From IMG/VR virus record IMGVR_UViG_2901201504_000001, positions 32,001 through 96,000 of that record: a stretch of DNA of 64,000 nucleotides. The stretch is one strand, 5' to 3'. The position numbers and the translations under genes were made by a program. Below are positions 20,623 to 30,545 of this stretch, one piece after another. This DNA is from a virus. Its lineage: Duplodnaviria > Caudoviricetes. The first letter of the stretch is position 1. Every line of letters begins with the position of its first letter. The notes beneath the pieces are model-generated. The model was not told the origin of the DNA. It made no database searches and worked only from the letters and a program-made list of their open reading frames with translations.

Positions 20623-22843
20623 ACCAAATAAAACCATTCAGAAAAACAGCAATTTTACGTATAAATTAGATGTATTTCATGACAAATTGATACAAAAGTA
20701 TATGGATTCCGACCATATTTCAACTAACATATACGGTTTTGAAATACTATCAAATTCTGAAATATACACTTTTACACCTACCTTAGATCGATTAGAATAC
20801 TCAATTGTAGAACAAGATTTATCCACTTATTTTAACTCAAATACTTTGCAATTATATGAAATACAAATGAAAAATCCTTTGTTTCTTCCTATATATAATA
20901 AATTCCAACAATCTCTCATAGAGCAAATATTCAATATCCAACAAAGCTATCCTGTTCTCATCCAAATCTTAATACAAAAAATAAATAAATGGAGAGATAA
21001 TGCAATCTCACAGTATGAAGAATTCTTGAAGGGGAATGATTATCCATCTGAAAATAGGATTCTTAGAAATACACAAAGCAAGATCATAAATGTGCTTAAT
21101 AAATTCGCTAACTTCCAAGTGAAAAGAAAACCGATTCAAGACGTAGAAGATAAAATTCTTAGTGATAACTTTAAGATTGAAATACGCTTTGCTATAGAAG
21201 ACAATGAGGGAGAATTTGAGTTAACAATTAATAAATTTCTAAAACAATATGATTACTATAATCAATTAGAGCTAGTCAAAATATATGATGTAGATAGTCA
21301 AATACAATTGATTAAAAATAGACAAATGAAGTCATATACACTTAATCAATTGTCCACTTCAGAAATTAATTCTCTCTTTTCATCTGATAAGTCAGATATT
21401 ACTCCTAAACAAGAAGTAATGATAACGTCCAATAGAAAAAGTCAACAAACAAGTAATCCTGAACAATATAATCATTTACTTGATGTGCTACCGAAATATG
21501 AAAAACAATCAAATGATATTGATAATGAAATAGTTGATAGATTGATACAAAGCTTCAAACGTACAAAAATAACGAACAAATTAATAAAAATAGGTGAGGT
21601 AGCAAGAGGAGCAACATTGCAAAAAGTTACTCTAAAAATCCCTAATGATATAGTCTATACGAACATTGAGAAGAATCTAAAGAATATACAGGCCACATTG
21701 GGTAATGATGCAATTAGTATGGAAATTAGCGATACTCCTGACTCTGTAGATTTCTATATTCCATGTAGTGAAAGAGAAGTAGTTTATTTACGAAATGTAT
21801 TAGAATCAGACGAATTTATTGAGCAAGTAACTGAATTAACTTTGCCATTAATATTAGGTGAAGATAGCATAGGTAAACCATTGCTTTCTGATTTAGCAGA
21901 GTTAAAGCATATTCTTATAGCAGGAGCAACTGGTAGTGGTAAATCAGTATTTCTTAATGCATTGATACTTACTATGATTATGTACAAAGAACCTGGGGAA
22001 TTAAAGCTGATACTTATTGATCCAAAGAAAGTAGAACTAGTGCCATTTAGTAAGTATCCTCAAGTTACCTTTGTAGACGATATGAATAAAGCAACAAATA
22101 CATTTGAGACATTAATCAATGAGATGAATAAACGTTACGATACTTTTGCAAGTAAAGGATGTAGGAATATTGCTCAATACAATTCTAAGTTAGACATAAA
22201 AGTACCATACTTAGTTTGTATTGTAGACGAATTATCAGATTTAATGGATACGCATGGTAATGAAATTGAATCACATATTATAAGATTAGGTCAGAAAGCT
22301 AGAGCAGCAGGTATACATTTAATATTATGTACACAGAAACCTTCAGTAGATGTTATTACAAGCAGGATAAAGAGTAATTTACCAAGCGCCATTAGCTTTA
22401 GATTGAAAGCACAGAGCGACTATAGAACTGTATTTGGTAAAGGTATTCCTTATCATCTATTAGGAAAAGGTGATGGAGTAGCGATGTTAGAAGGGAATAG
22501 TAAAGAGTTTATTAGGTTTCAATCACCTGTCATTGATCTTGATGACAATACAACCGTAGATATTATTGATAAGATAGCAGATACCTATGAAGGAATTCAA
22601 CATGAACCAATAAAAATTATTGAAACTGAAGAACCGATTGATAAACTAAAGCGTATTATAGCTAGTACAGGTGAGACTAGGATATCTGAATTACAAAAAG
22701 AGATGAAAATAAGGATTAATCTAGTCTCAGAATTAATGAAGCAGTTGGTTACCGAGGAATGGGTAATTAAAGAAGGAAAAGGATATAAGATAATTGTTAG
22801 TGAGAATGAGTTAGATAAATGGAGGGAAGTTGCTGAACAGTGA
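20603..22843 (+). CDS. FtsK/SpoIIIE-family DNA translocase
   Basis: HILIAGATGSGKS, LIDPKKVEL, IVDELSDLM, ARAAGIHLILCTQKP, LLGKGD; C-terminal wHTH; no N-terminal TM. Confidence 0.9.
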   Translation: MIRIGTKPNKTIQKNSNFTYKLDVFHDKLIQKYMDSDHISTNIYGFEILSNSEIYTFTPTLDRLEYSIVEQDLSTYFNSNTLQLYEIQMKNPLFLPIYNKFQQSLIEQIFNIQQSYPVLIQILIQKINKWRDNAISQYEEFLKGNDYPSENRILRNTQSKIINVLNKFANFQVKRKPIQDVEDKILSDNFKIEIRFAIEDNEGEFELTINKFLKQYDYYNQLELVKIYDVDSQIQLIKNRQMKSYTLNQLSTSEINSLFSSDKSDITPKQEVMITSNRKSQQTSNPEQYNHLLDVLPKYEKQSNDIDNEIVDRLIQSFKRTKITNKLIKIGEVARGATLQKVTLKIPNDIVYTNIEKNLKNIQATLGNDAISMEISDTPDSVDFYIPCSEREVVYLRNVLESDEFIEQVTELTLPLILGEDSIGKPLLSDLAELKHILIAGATGSGKSVFLNALILTMIMYKEPGELKLILIDPKKVELVPFSKYPQVTFVDDMNKATNTFETLINEMNKRYDTFASKGCRNIAQYNSKLDIKVPYLVCIVDELSDLMDTHGNEIESHIIRLGQKARAAGIHLILCTQKPSVDVITSRIKSNLPSAISFRLKAQSDYRTVFGKGIPYHLLGKGDGVAMLEGNSKEFIRFQSPVIDLDDNTTVDIIDKIADTYEGIQHEPIKIIETEEPIDKLKRIIASTGETRISELQKEMKIRINLVSELMKQLVTEEWVIKEGKGYKIIVSENELDKWREVAEQ

Positions 22844-22903
22844 CTTCTCTTATTTTTGTATAGTAGGTGTATATATGTGAAGGTGAAAAATTGGATTTAA
22901 AAT

Positions 22904-22929
22904 AAGCCCCCTTATAAAGGAGGCTTTTC
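22904..22929. terminator. Rho-independent terminator
   Basis: AAGCCCCCTT-AT-AAAGGAGGCTTTT between convergent genes. Confidence 0.6.
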
Positions 22930-22931
22930 TA

Positions 22932-23627
22932 CTATCTATAAACTGATTTAGGAATATTTGCTTTTGGGTTTCCTACAGCATAAGGTGCTAATTCATATTC
23001 TTGATAAATCACACTTATTCCTGTATTAGTGAAAATGAAAGTTGTACCCTTATTTAGTTTTATGTCCTTAACAGTAATATCATCAAACATGATATCTTGT
23101 TTTTTGAGAAAATTATAGATATGTTGCTTTGTCTTTTGTGCCTTAGCTGGCTTAACTACATCTGGTATTGTAACTAGTTTACCAGTTTTGATGTTAAAGT
23201 TATATGATTGAACAAATCTACCGCCATGAACTCCTCCAGTGTACATATCAGTATAGACTAACACACTAATATAATTACTGTCTTGGTAAGCTAGTTTGAA
23301 TGTAGTTTTATAACGATACTGACATGAAAATGGAAATTCACTACAATATTCTTCATCATAATTCTCTTCCATTGAATTCATTAGTGCGTTATAACCATCA
23401 TAGTGTCCTTTTCCCACTTGACGAAAGAAGAGATTGATATTGTGTTGTATTTGAGTATTTTTAATTCCTGATAATTTAGGATAAGCAATGTTTTTGTTAC
23501 CTTTGTAATACACCGTTTCTGTCTTAATAGGATTAGAAGCTGCATTAGCCTGTATTACTGAAGTAGAAAATAGACCAATTGCAAATACTAACAGAATAAT
23601 AACTCTTAGAAATTTGATGTTCTTCAT
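22932..23627 (-). CDS. Secreted DUF4163/DUF3298 (RsiV/PdaC-like) protein
   Basis: Signal peptide ending ANA; YTGGVHG, YNFNIKTGK, YQEYELAPYAVG. Confidence 0.7.
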   Translation of the reverse strand: MKNIKFLRVIILLVFAIGLFSTSVIQANAASNPIKTETVYYKGNKNIAYPKLSGIKNTQIQHNINLFFRQVGKGHYDGYNALMNSMEENYDEEYCSEFPFSCQYRYKTTFKLAYQDSNYISVLVYTDMYTGGVHGGRFVQSYNFNIKTGKLVTIPDVVKPAKAQKTKQHIYNFLKKQDIMFDDITVKDIKLNKGTTFIFTNTGISVIYQEYELAPYAVGNPKANIPKSVYR

Positions 23628-23739
23628 TATGTATCCTCCTTTTTTATTATAAACTATTACAGTATATAGTAAAAATGTCCTAAATAAAAGATATATGTTT
23701 ATAAAAAATAGATTTATAAAGAAGAGTCTATCTATACTA

Positions 23740-24760
23740 TGACTCGAAGCTGAAAATAACGACACTCGAACGATGGTGTATAAAGTGATAAAAATGTAGT
23801 GTTTATAAGAGATTTCGGTAGTTTAGGTGAGATTGAAAGGTGACTCGATAGGCTGAACTCGTAGAAACGTTGATGTACCAATGGTTTGAGCGTGTTTTTG
23901 GAGTGGAATTAGTGAAATTTTAGTGAGTTGAGTAGTGGAAAAGTCAATGTTTATAAGGGGTTTACGAGTCACTTTTCGAGTGTAATTTAGGTGAAAATGA
24001 GGTGATTTTAATTCTGAGTGAGATTATGGGAATAGGGTGATAAAATATAATTTAGTGATTAGGAAAATTATTGTGGTGTGGAAATGGAAGTGCTACGGCT
24101 CTATACAGAACATATATTCCTATTTTAGATGTTTAATAACCCCCGGTAAACCCTTTATTTATAAGGAAAAACGTACATATAATTCTAATTATATGTAACT
24201 TTTAATATTTGGACATATAAATAGCTACATTACACAATTACATATCTTCAAAATAGATAACTAGGATATTTTCATGTATAAAATTTTAAAAAATTAATTC
24301 ATCATTCCAATTTTTACAGCGTTTATTTATATATTTTAGTCCCAGAATCGGCTATAACATAAAGCGGCAAGCCAAAGTATTATAATTATAAACTAAAAGT
24401 AAAGTAATACTAAACTTATCAAAACCAATAATAAATAGTATTATAAAGTTAATATTACTATTACACGTAGTTATCAAAACTACATATAAACTCATCACTT
24501 ATCTATCAATATCACATCCAACTATTCACCTTATCAAAATATACATCAATTGAAATTATAATATAGATAACCATTGTTAATTAAACTAATCAATAGTCAT
24601 AAACAAATTTATATATATTCCCATAAACTACTAACAACCTGTGGATAACATGTGTATAACTTGTTTATATCATGTTAGTAAACTATAACCACACTACAAT
24701 ATAAACAAAAATAAAATAACGTAAAATACCAAAAATAACTATACCAAACTACTAATATAT
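23740..24760. other. Long non-coding region with G-to-C skew switch, repeats and DnaA boxes (candidate origin or packaging site)
   Basis: G-rich 23760-24100 then C/A-rich; ACTCG repeats; TGTGGATAA at 24640 and TGTGTATAA at 24651. Confidence 0.45.
24640..24659 (-). promoter_or_regulatory. Two tandem DnaA boxes
   Basis: Reverse complements TTATCCACA and TTATACACA match TTATNCACA. Confidence 0.65.
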
Positions 24761-24827
24761 GGTATAATTGTATTATAAGTAAGGAGGTGAAAATAGTTGA
24801 ATTTATCATACGAAAGGAGGTGAAGAA

Positions 24828-24995
24828 GTGGAGTTAATGTTAGTATTGAGCCTTTTGCTTAACATACTAACTCTTATAGAAAAGTTACTCAACATACGAA
24901 AACTATACAACGACAACAAGAAAATAAACTACAAAGAGGATAAAGAAGAGCAAAAGGAAAAACCTTCTACACGCTGCGAACGTTATAGAAGGTGA
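24828..24995 (+). CDS. YonT-like type I toxin (55 aa), missed by the ORF track
   Basis: GTG start after AAGGAGGTG; TM helix ending LTLIEK plus charged tail ending RYRR, similar to recalled YonT. Confidence 0.6.
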   Translation: MELMLVLSLLLNILTLIEKLLNIRKLYNDNKKINYKEDKEEQKEKPSTRCERYRR

Positions 24996-25050
24996 TGAAT
25001 AGTGTAGAAAGGGAACATAAGCTTCATGAACTTACATAAGTTCCCTTTCA
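24950..25050 (-). ncRNA. Putative SR6-like antisense antitoxin RNA (boundaries approximate)
   Basis: Minus-strand TTGCAT-N18-(TG)TAGTAT promoter at ~25056-25085; hairpins GAAAGGGAAC/GTTCCCTTTC and CCTTCTA/TAGAAGG. Confidence 0.4.
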
Positions 25051-25277
25051 AATTAATACTAACATATTCCACAATAAATATGCAAATATTATCCAAATTA
25101 TCAAACCTTGTTTTAATAGTCTTTTCAATTGTCTACATTGTCACACGGATAAACTCTGACACAAATACAACATTTTATATAATTATGGATATACTCTTAG
25201 GTATAACGATCATTCTAGTAGTTTATACATCGTATCTACTGCATAAAGTTAACAAGCAGCGAAATAGTAAGCGTTAA
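25026..25277 (+). CDS. YoyJ-like two-TM protein
   Basis: 83 aa, two hydrophobic helices, directly after the yonT-like gene. Confidence 0.5.
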   Translation: MNLHKFPFKLILTYSTINMQILSKLSNLVLIVFSIVYIVTRINSDTNTTFYIIMDILLGITIILVVYTSYLLHKVNKQRNSKR

Positions 25278-25499
25278 ACAACAAACGTGATTATGGGACG
25301 ATTATAGTCATTATGGTCGTTCCTTTTTCTTTAAACATTAATAAATAAAAGTTAATTAAATTAAAATAATAGTATACATCACTACCGAAGTATTGTATAA
25401 TTAATACATAAGATAAAGAGAGGAATTAATAAGCATTTAACTAAAATATCTCAATGTCTTACAATTAATACTAAATTAATTTAAAAGGAGTTAATTAAA

Positions 25500-25868
25500 A
25501 TGAAAAAACTTATCACATCTCTAACTATTCTTATTGTACTATCTGTTATTGCTATTACATACAACATTAATCAACCACAAGCTACTGTACAATTACAACA
25601 AAGTACTGGGCAAATCACAACAACTAAACAAGAAACACAATCTCAACCTATCACAGAGTCATACATCATCACTGAAGTAGTACAACATAACAATAAAGAT
25701 ACAGAATACTATGGTCAATCAACAACTGGAGATACAGGTATTTACTTCACTTCTGATTATATCAACTTAATTGATTCACTTGAAGAAGGCGATATAATAA
25801 CGGCACACTTTGAGAATGAATATGATGATAGCTTACTATATGTTCAGAAAGGAGATAATAAACATTAA
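25500..25868 (+). CDS. Secreted/membrane-anchored hypothetical protein
   Basis: N-terminal signal/TM, Q/T-rich linker, own SigA promoter. Confidence 0.6.
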   Translation: MKKLITSLTILIVLSVIAITYNINQPQATVQLQQSTGQITTTKQETQSQPITESYIITEVVQHNNKDTEYYGQSTTGDTGIYFTSDYINLIDSLEEGDIITAHFENEYDDSLLYVQKGDNKH

Positions 25869-25939
25869 ATAAATTAATATAAAATGAAACTTTTTAGTAT
25901 GTTCATACGTCTAATATATAGAAAGGAGGTGAATCATAT

Positions 25940-26122
25940 ATGTTAAGTGGTAAAGACTTTTTCTTTTGTTACAACTATAAACTAAATAAACATCTTCAAA
26001 CAAAAGGCTTTAAATATATTACTCATGCTATCAATATTGATACGAATAAAAAATACTTTATGTATCATAAAACAAATCAACTTAGTGCTGCAATCAATGA
26101 ATATATAAATAATAAACCATGA
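25940..26122 (+). CDS. Small DUF5659-like protein
   Basis: FFCYNYKLNKHLQTKGFKY...YFMYHKTNQLSAAINEY pattern; RBS AAGGAGGTG. Confidence 0.5.
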   Translation: MLSGKDFFFCYNYKLNKHLQTKGFKYITHAINIDTNKKYFMYHKTNQLSAAINEYINNKP

Positions 26123-26134
26123 CAAAGGAGTATA

Positions 26135-27613
26135 ATGCTAATGATCAAATATAATGCGAACACTAAATATTCAGAAGTAATCAGCACCGAAGATATTAAG
26201 AAGTGGAAAGGTAATGTAATATTAGAAGGAGGAACGGCAACCGGTAAAACATATTTCATATTGAATGTGTTAGCTGCATATTGCAAAGATACAAATAAAA
26301 AAATACTCTTCTTATGTAATAGGAATTCTCTACAAGATGAATTAAGGAAAGAAATTATAAAACTTGGATTAACGGACATTATTACTGTACTTACATATCA
26401 AAAAATAGAGCATTCAGTCAAAAATAATGAAGAATTACTATTAAACCATGACTATCTTGTATGTGACGAATTCCATCATGTAAATGAAATATACAATGTT
26501 TATACTGATTTAAGTTATGATTGGATCATTAATCATCCAGGAACTAAAATATTCATAAGTGCTACATGTCACTACATATTTAATATGTTAGTTAATAAAA
26601 ATATTGTACCAAGTGAGCAACGCTATTACATACCAAAAGATTATTCATATGTAGATAATCTATATTTCTATTCAAAAAATAAGGATATAACAGAAATCAT
26701 TAACGATAAATTATTTAATACAAATGATAAGATTATATATTTCTCTAGTAATCTAGAAAGAGCAATTGAAATATATAAATGTTTCAAAGAACAATCTTCT
26801 TTCTATTCCTCTAAACATAGTAAAAAAGGAGCTAAATATATTACTGAAAACTGCATCCAGAATGAAACGTTTAATAGTAGATTACTAGTTACTACAAAAG
26901 CACTTGACGTTGGAATTACATTAAAAGATAAATCAATTAAACATGTAATAACAGATATGTTCGATATTGATACGCTGATACAATGTATAGGCCGTAAACG
27001 TATCATTGATGAAAACGATTCATGTAATTTTTATATTAAGAATCATAGCTCAAACAGTATGAAAGGAAATAAAAGTAGGTTAATAAGAATTAAACAACCA
27101 ATCAAGGTACTAATTAAAGATAAAGAACTATTTTTCGATACATATGTAAAAGATAGAAAGTTTCATAATAATTACATATATAAGGATGAAGAAGGTAACT
27201 ATACATACAATCATATTGCATACAAAAGATTAGTTACTCAGTTACTTGATATAGATGATATGGAAGGATGGTCTAATAATTACAATAAGACTAAAAAAGG
27301 TTTTAAAGGCTTCCTATTAGAAAGGTTAGGTGATACCATGACAAATATTATTGATATGGATGAAATGAAGCAAGTAGAAGAGTTAAATAATCTAGATAGT
27401 TATATTAATTCTATTATAGGTAAACCACTACTCAAAGATCAGAGAGAAGAACTTTTTCAAAAAATATCGTTAAAGGATTCTAGAGGAAGATTACAAAAAA
27501 CATTAGGTACAATAAACGGTTATTTAATAAATAATTTCAATGTTAATATTCAAACAAAAACTATAAATGTTGAAGGTAAGAGAAAGACTGCATGGATATT
27601 ATCTGATTTATAG
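26135..27613 (+). CDS. Superfamily II (DExH) helicase-like protein
   Basis: GGTATGKT, VCDEFH, SAT, TKALDVGI, QCIGRKR. Confidence 0.85.
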   Translation: MLMIKYNANTKYSEVISTEDIKKWKGNVILEGGTATGKTYFILNVLAAYCKDTNKKILFLCNRNSLQDELRKEIIKLGLTDIITVLTYQKIEHSVKNNEELLLNHDYLVCDEFHHVNEIYNVYTDLSYDWIINHPGTKIFISATCHYIFNMLVNKNIVPSEQRYYIPKDYSYVDNLYFYSKNKDITEIINDKLFNTNDKIIYFSSNLERAIEIYKCFKEQSSFYSSKHSKKGAKYITENCIQNETFNSRLLVTTKALDVGITLKDKSIKHVITDMFDIDTLIQCIGRKRIIDENDSCNFYIKNHSSNSMKGNKSRLIRIKQPIKVLIKDKELFFDTYVKDRKFHNNYIYKDEEGNYTYNHIAYKRLVTQLLDIDDMEGWSNNYNKTKKGFKGFLLERLGDTMTNIIDMDEMKQVEELNNLDSYINSIIGKPLLKDQREELFQKISLKDSRGRLQKTLGTINGYLINNFNVNIQTKTINVEGKRKTAWILSDL

Positions 27614-27897
27614 ATTAAAAGTTAAATAATGCAAAATATTTGGAGTTTACTATAATATATAGTAGAATCCAGATTTTTTGCACATTACTATAAATAGATG
27701 TAGCAGTTTGTATAGAACTACCACGGAAGTGCTGTGGTAGTTTTCTTTTCGCTTTGCAGCTCAAAGGGATATACTATAATAATTTTAAAAATAAAAGTAA
27801 AATAATTTAAAATAATAATTTACATTTATAACCTAATCATGTATACTTAAGATAGTTAAAAGATACAAGTTAATACATATAAAGGGGATATGTTAAC

Positions 27898-28189
27898 ATG
27901 AATATAAAATTAAATGAAATTGAATTAAAATCAATCTACACATTAAATGATGAAGCTCAAACTTCACTAGATCACGCTAGAAACTTAGGTTACTGGTTAG
28001 GCTGCAGCACATAAAAATAACGCTTTTAAAACTCAACTTAAAAAACTTGTAAAAGCTGGAGTATTAACAAAACTATTTCATACATACGAAAATGAATACG
28101 TTGAAGCGGTTTATAATTTTGAAGACGGGAACCAGGTTTCATTCTTCGGCCATAATCATATGAGTATGAATTTATATTACAACTATTAA
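27898..28189 (+). pseudogene. Frameshifted small gene
   Basis: MNIKLNE...GYWLG frame stops at ~28014; another frame continues AAAHKNNAFKTQLKKLVKAG...; promoter and RBS present. Confidence 0.5.
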
Positions 28190-28257
28190 AAATTAATTAA
28201 CGTAAAACATAAATACTTAGAAGGTTATAAAAAGCCTTCTAAGTAGCTAATAAAAGA

Positions 28258-28761
28258 GTGTTTTTATTTGATGAATTGGAGGTAAATAGTATGTTCAGAA
28301 TCCCATGTAGTAAATGTAATGGTAAAGGAATCATCCCTCATTTTAGCCATGTTGATGAAGGATTATGCTTTCAATGTAGCGGATCAATGTTCCAGGAAGT
28401 TAATGAAGAAGAATACCAAGATTATTTGAAACATATTGAAAGAATAAAACAAGGTAGCTATATTTTATTCAATAACGGAAAAGTGGAATATTATTCAACA
28501 GTAAGCGAAATTAACAAGAAATATGGAAACTTCTATTGTGGTAACTATGCGGAGCGTTCAATGCATGTTGCATATAGAGACAAAGACATTGTTTATACAA
28601 AAAATAAAGGATTTAAGAGTAAGGAAGTTAATAAAATTAAAAACTGGTGTTTAACAGAGCGTCTTGGAAAGCTTAAACAAATGTTAGAAAAGGAAAATGA
28701 TATTGATTTTAGAGGTATCATTATTAGTAAAATACAGGAATACGAACAACTTTTATGCTAA
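28258..28761 (+). CDS. Zn-finger hypothetical protein
   Basis: CSKCNGKG...CFQCSG. Confidence 0.6.
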   Translation: MFLFDELEVNSMFRIPCSKCNGKGIIPHFSHVDEGLCFQCSGSMFQEVNEEEYQDYLKHIERIKQGSYILFNNGKVEYYSTVSEINKKYGNFYCGNYAERSMHVAYRDKDIVYTKNKGFKSKEVNKIKNWCLTERLGKLKQMLEKENDIDFRGIIISKIQEYEQLLC

Positions 28762-29019
28762 TTGTTTTTAAAGAGTAATGAAATGGAGGTTTTAACAATG
28801 AATTATGCTTTAAGAAACAAAATAATTAAAGAAAATAAATTTTATTCATTGCTAGAAAGTAATAAACAATACAGATTACAAGAATATTGCATGAAAACAA
28901 AAAAAGTTGTAGTAGGAATTATTCAAGGTGATCCAGAAAAATATAATACAGGCACAGGGAAGCTCACTTTTAAATATTTTGATACATGGGAAAACGCTTA
29001 TACTCAACTATCACAATAA
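28762..29019 (+). CDS. Hypothetical protein (start probably at 28798)
   Basis: RBS GGAGG before ATG at 28798. Confidence 0.5.
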   Translation: MFLKSNEMEVLTMNYALRNKIIKENKFYSLLESNKQYRLQEYCMKTKKVVVGIIQGDPEKYNTGTGKLTFKYFDTWENAYTQLSQ

Positions 29020-29052
29020 AAAATTTAATTTTAATCGAAAGTAAGGATATTG

Positions 29053-29169
29053 ATGCAATTAGATAAGTATTGCCTGGAATGTGGCGAATCTCAAGAAATG
29101 AATGCAAAGGAATGTTTCTACTGCGAATCTGAAGAGCTGGATACAATGGATATAGATGATATTGTTTAA
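29053..29169 (+). CDS. 38-aa Zn-ribbon microprotein
   Basis: CLEC...CFYC; RBS AAGGA. Confidence 0.45.
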   Translation: MQLDKYCLECGESQEMNAKECFYCESEELDTMDIDDIV

Positions 29170-29300
29170 GCAACCTATCAAGGTTGTTTTTTATTGCTTA
29201 AAGTTCGAATATTATTTAATTCCCTATGTTTTCTTGTAATATAAATAGATACCAGTACATACCATTACATATTGGCAAGATTATAATAGGGGGAATGAAA

Positions 29301-29750
29301 ATGTCTAAACAGTTTCAGTTAACGCGTCAAATGTTATTGAATTTTGTACAAGATCTAAATGAAGAAGTAAGTCAAGTTCAACCGGAAGGATTCAACAATA
29401 ATATTCGTTGGCACATCGGTCATTTACTTGTAACATCTGAGAGCTTTATGTTTGGCTATCCAAAGAAATCAACAAATATTCCAGTGGAATATGCTTCTTT
29501 ATTTAATATGGGAACAAATCCTGCTGCATGGGAAGGTGAAGTACCTTCTATACAAGAGTTATCTAAATGTTTAAAAGAACAAGCTAAGCGTATTAATGCC
29601 ATTCCCGAAGATTTTTTTGAACAAAAGTTACCGTTTAAATTCCCTTTAGATGGTATTGAGAAATATTCAGATCTTTATGCTTTAATGCTGCATCATGAAT
29701 CAGAGCATTTAGGGCAAATGAAGGCAATGAAAAGAGCGATACAATTCTAA
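29301..29750 (+). CDS. DinB-family protein
   Basis: NNIRWHIGHL and HHESEHLGQM His motifs. Confidence 0.8.
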   Translation: MSKQFQLTRQMLLNFVQDLNEEVSQVQPEGFNNNIRWHIGHLLVTSESFMFGYPKKSTNIPVEYASLFNMGTNPAAWEGEVPSIQELSKCLKEQAKRINAIPEDFFEQKLPFKFPLDGIEKYSDLYALMLHHESEHLGQMKAMKRAIQF

Positions 29751-29911
29751 AATAATGATAGAAAGTATTAATGAAGCCTCACTTTGAACGGGGCTTCTTT
29801 TGTTTTGTCTAATAAAACAGTTCTTTTATTTAAATGATTGAAGACTCTAATTACATAAACAATGACATCAATGTTGGCTTTTTTTCATACAATATCTTTG
29901 GGGTGAGAAAA

Positions 29912-30352
29912 ATGCCAAGAGTTAAATATACAGAATCTGACGTAGATTTAATGGCAAGGTTAATGAGGGCAGAAGCCGAGGGTGAAGGTCAACAAGGGAT
30001 GTTATATGTTGGTAATGTAGTGGTTAATCGTGCTGTAGCGGATTGTTTAGACTTTAAGGAAGTAAGAACGATCGAACAAGTCGTTTATCAAGTACAAGGA
30101 GGTAATTATTCTTTTGAAGCTGTTCAAAAAGGAAATCAATTTTACCAAAGGGCAAGGTCTCAAGAAAAAAGGTTAGCAAGACAGAATTTGGAGTTTTGGA
30201 GAGACCATCCAGCGAAATTTGCCCTTTGGTATTTTAATCCATATGCTCCTTGTCCTCCAACATGGTACGACCAACCTTTTAGCGGCCAATTTAAAAACCA
30301 TTGTTTTTATGAACCACAAGCTAACACATGTGAAAGTGTTTATTCCGGTTAG
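29912..30352 (+). CDS. cwlJ: Spore cortex-lytic enzyme, CwlJ-like (Hydrolase_2)
   Basis: DVDLMARLMRAEAEGEG..GMLYVGNV..NR, FYQRAR, PAKFALWYF, HCFY; upstream CATACAAT -10 box at 29886. Confidence 0.85.
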   Translation: MPRVKYTESDVDLMARLMRAEAEGEGQQGMLYVGNVVVNRAVADCLDFKEVRTIEQVVYQVQGGNYSFEAVQKGNQFYQRARSQEKRLARQNLEFWRDHPAKFALWYFNPYAPCPPTWYDQPFSGQFKNHCFYEPQANTCESVYSG

Positions 30353-30545
30353 GTAACTAGTAACTATAATTAATTCTATAATTTAAATAAAAAATATTAG
30401 AGAGACCACTATTGGGTGGTCTTATTTCTATTCATTCCATAATAAAATGTTGAATTTAATTATTTAAATAGTAAAAAGAAGTTGTTATCAATGTTGGCGT
30501 TATTTGTTATAATTTAGAAAAAAGTGTATTTCGAGGTATATTACT

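Noticed and set aside
18688-22843. Complete conjugative T4SS/ICE
   Set aside because: No recognisable relaxase, VirB4 ATPase, lytic transglycosylase or oriT in the window
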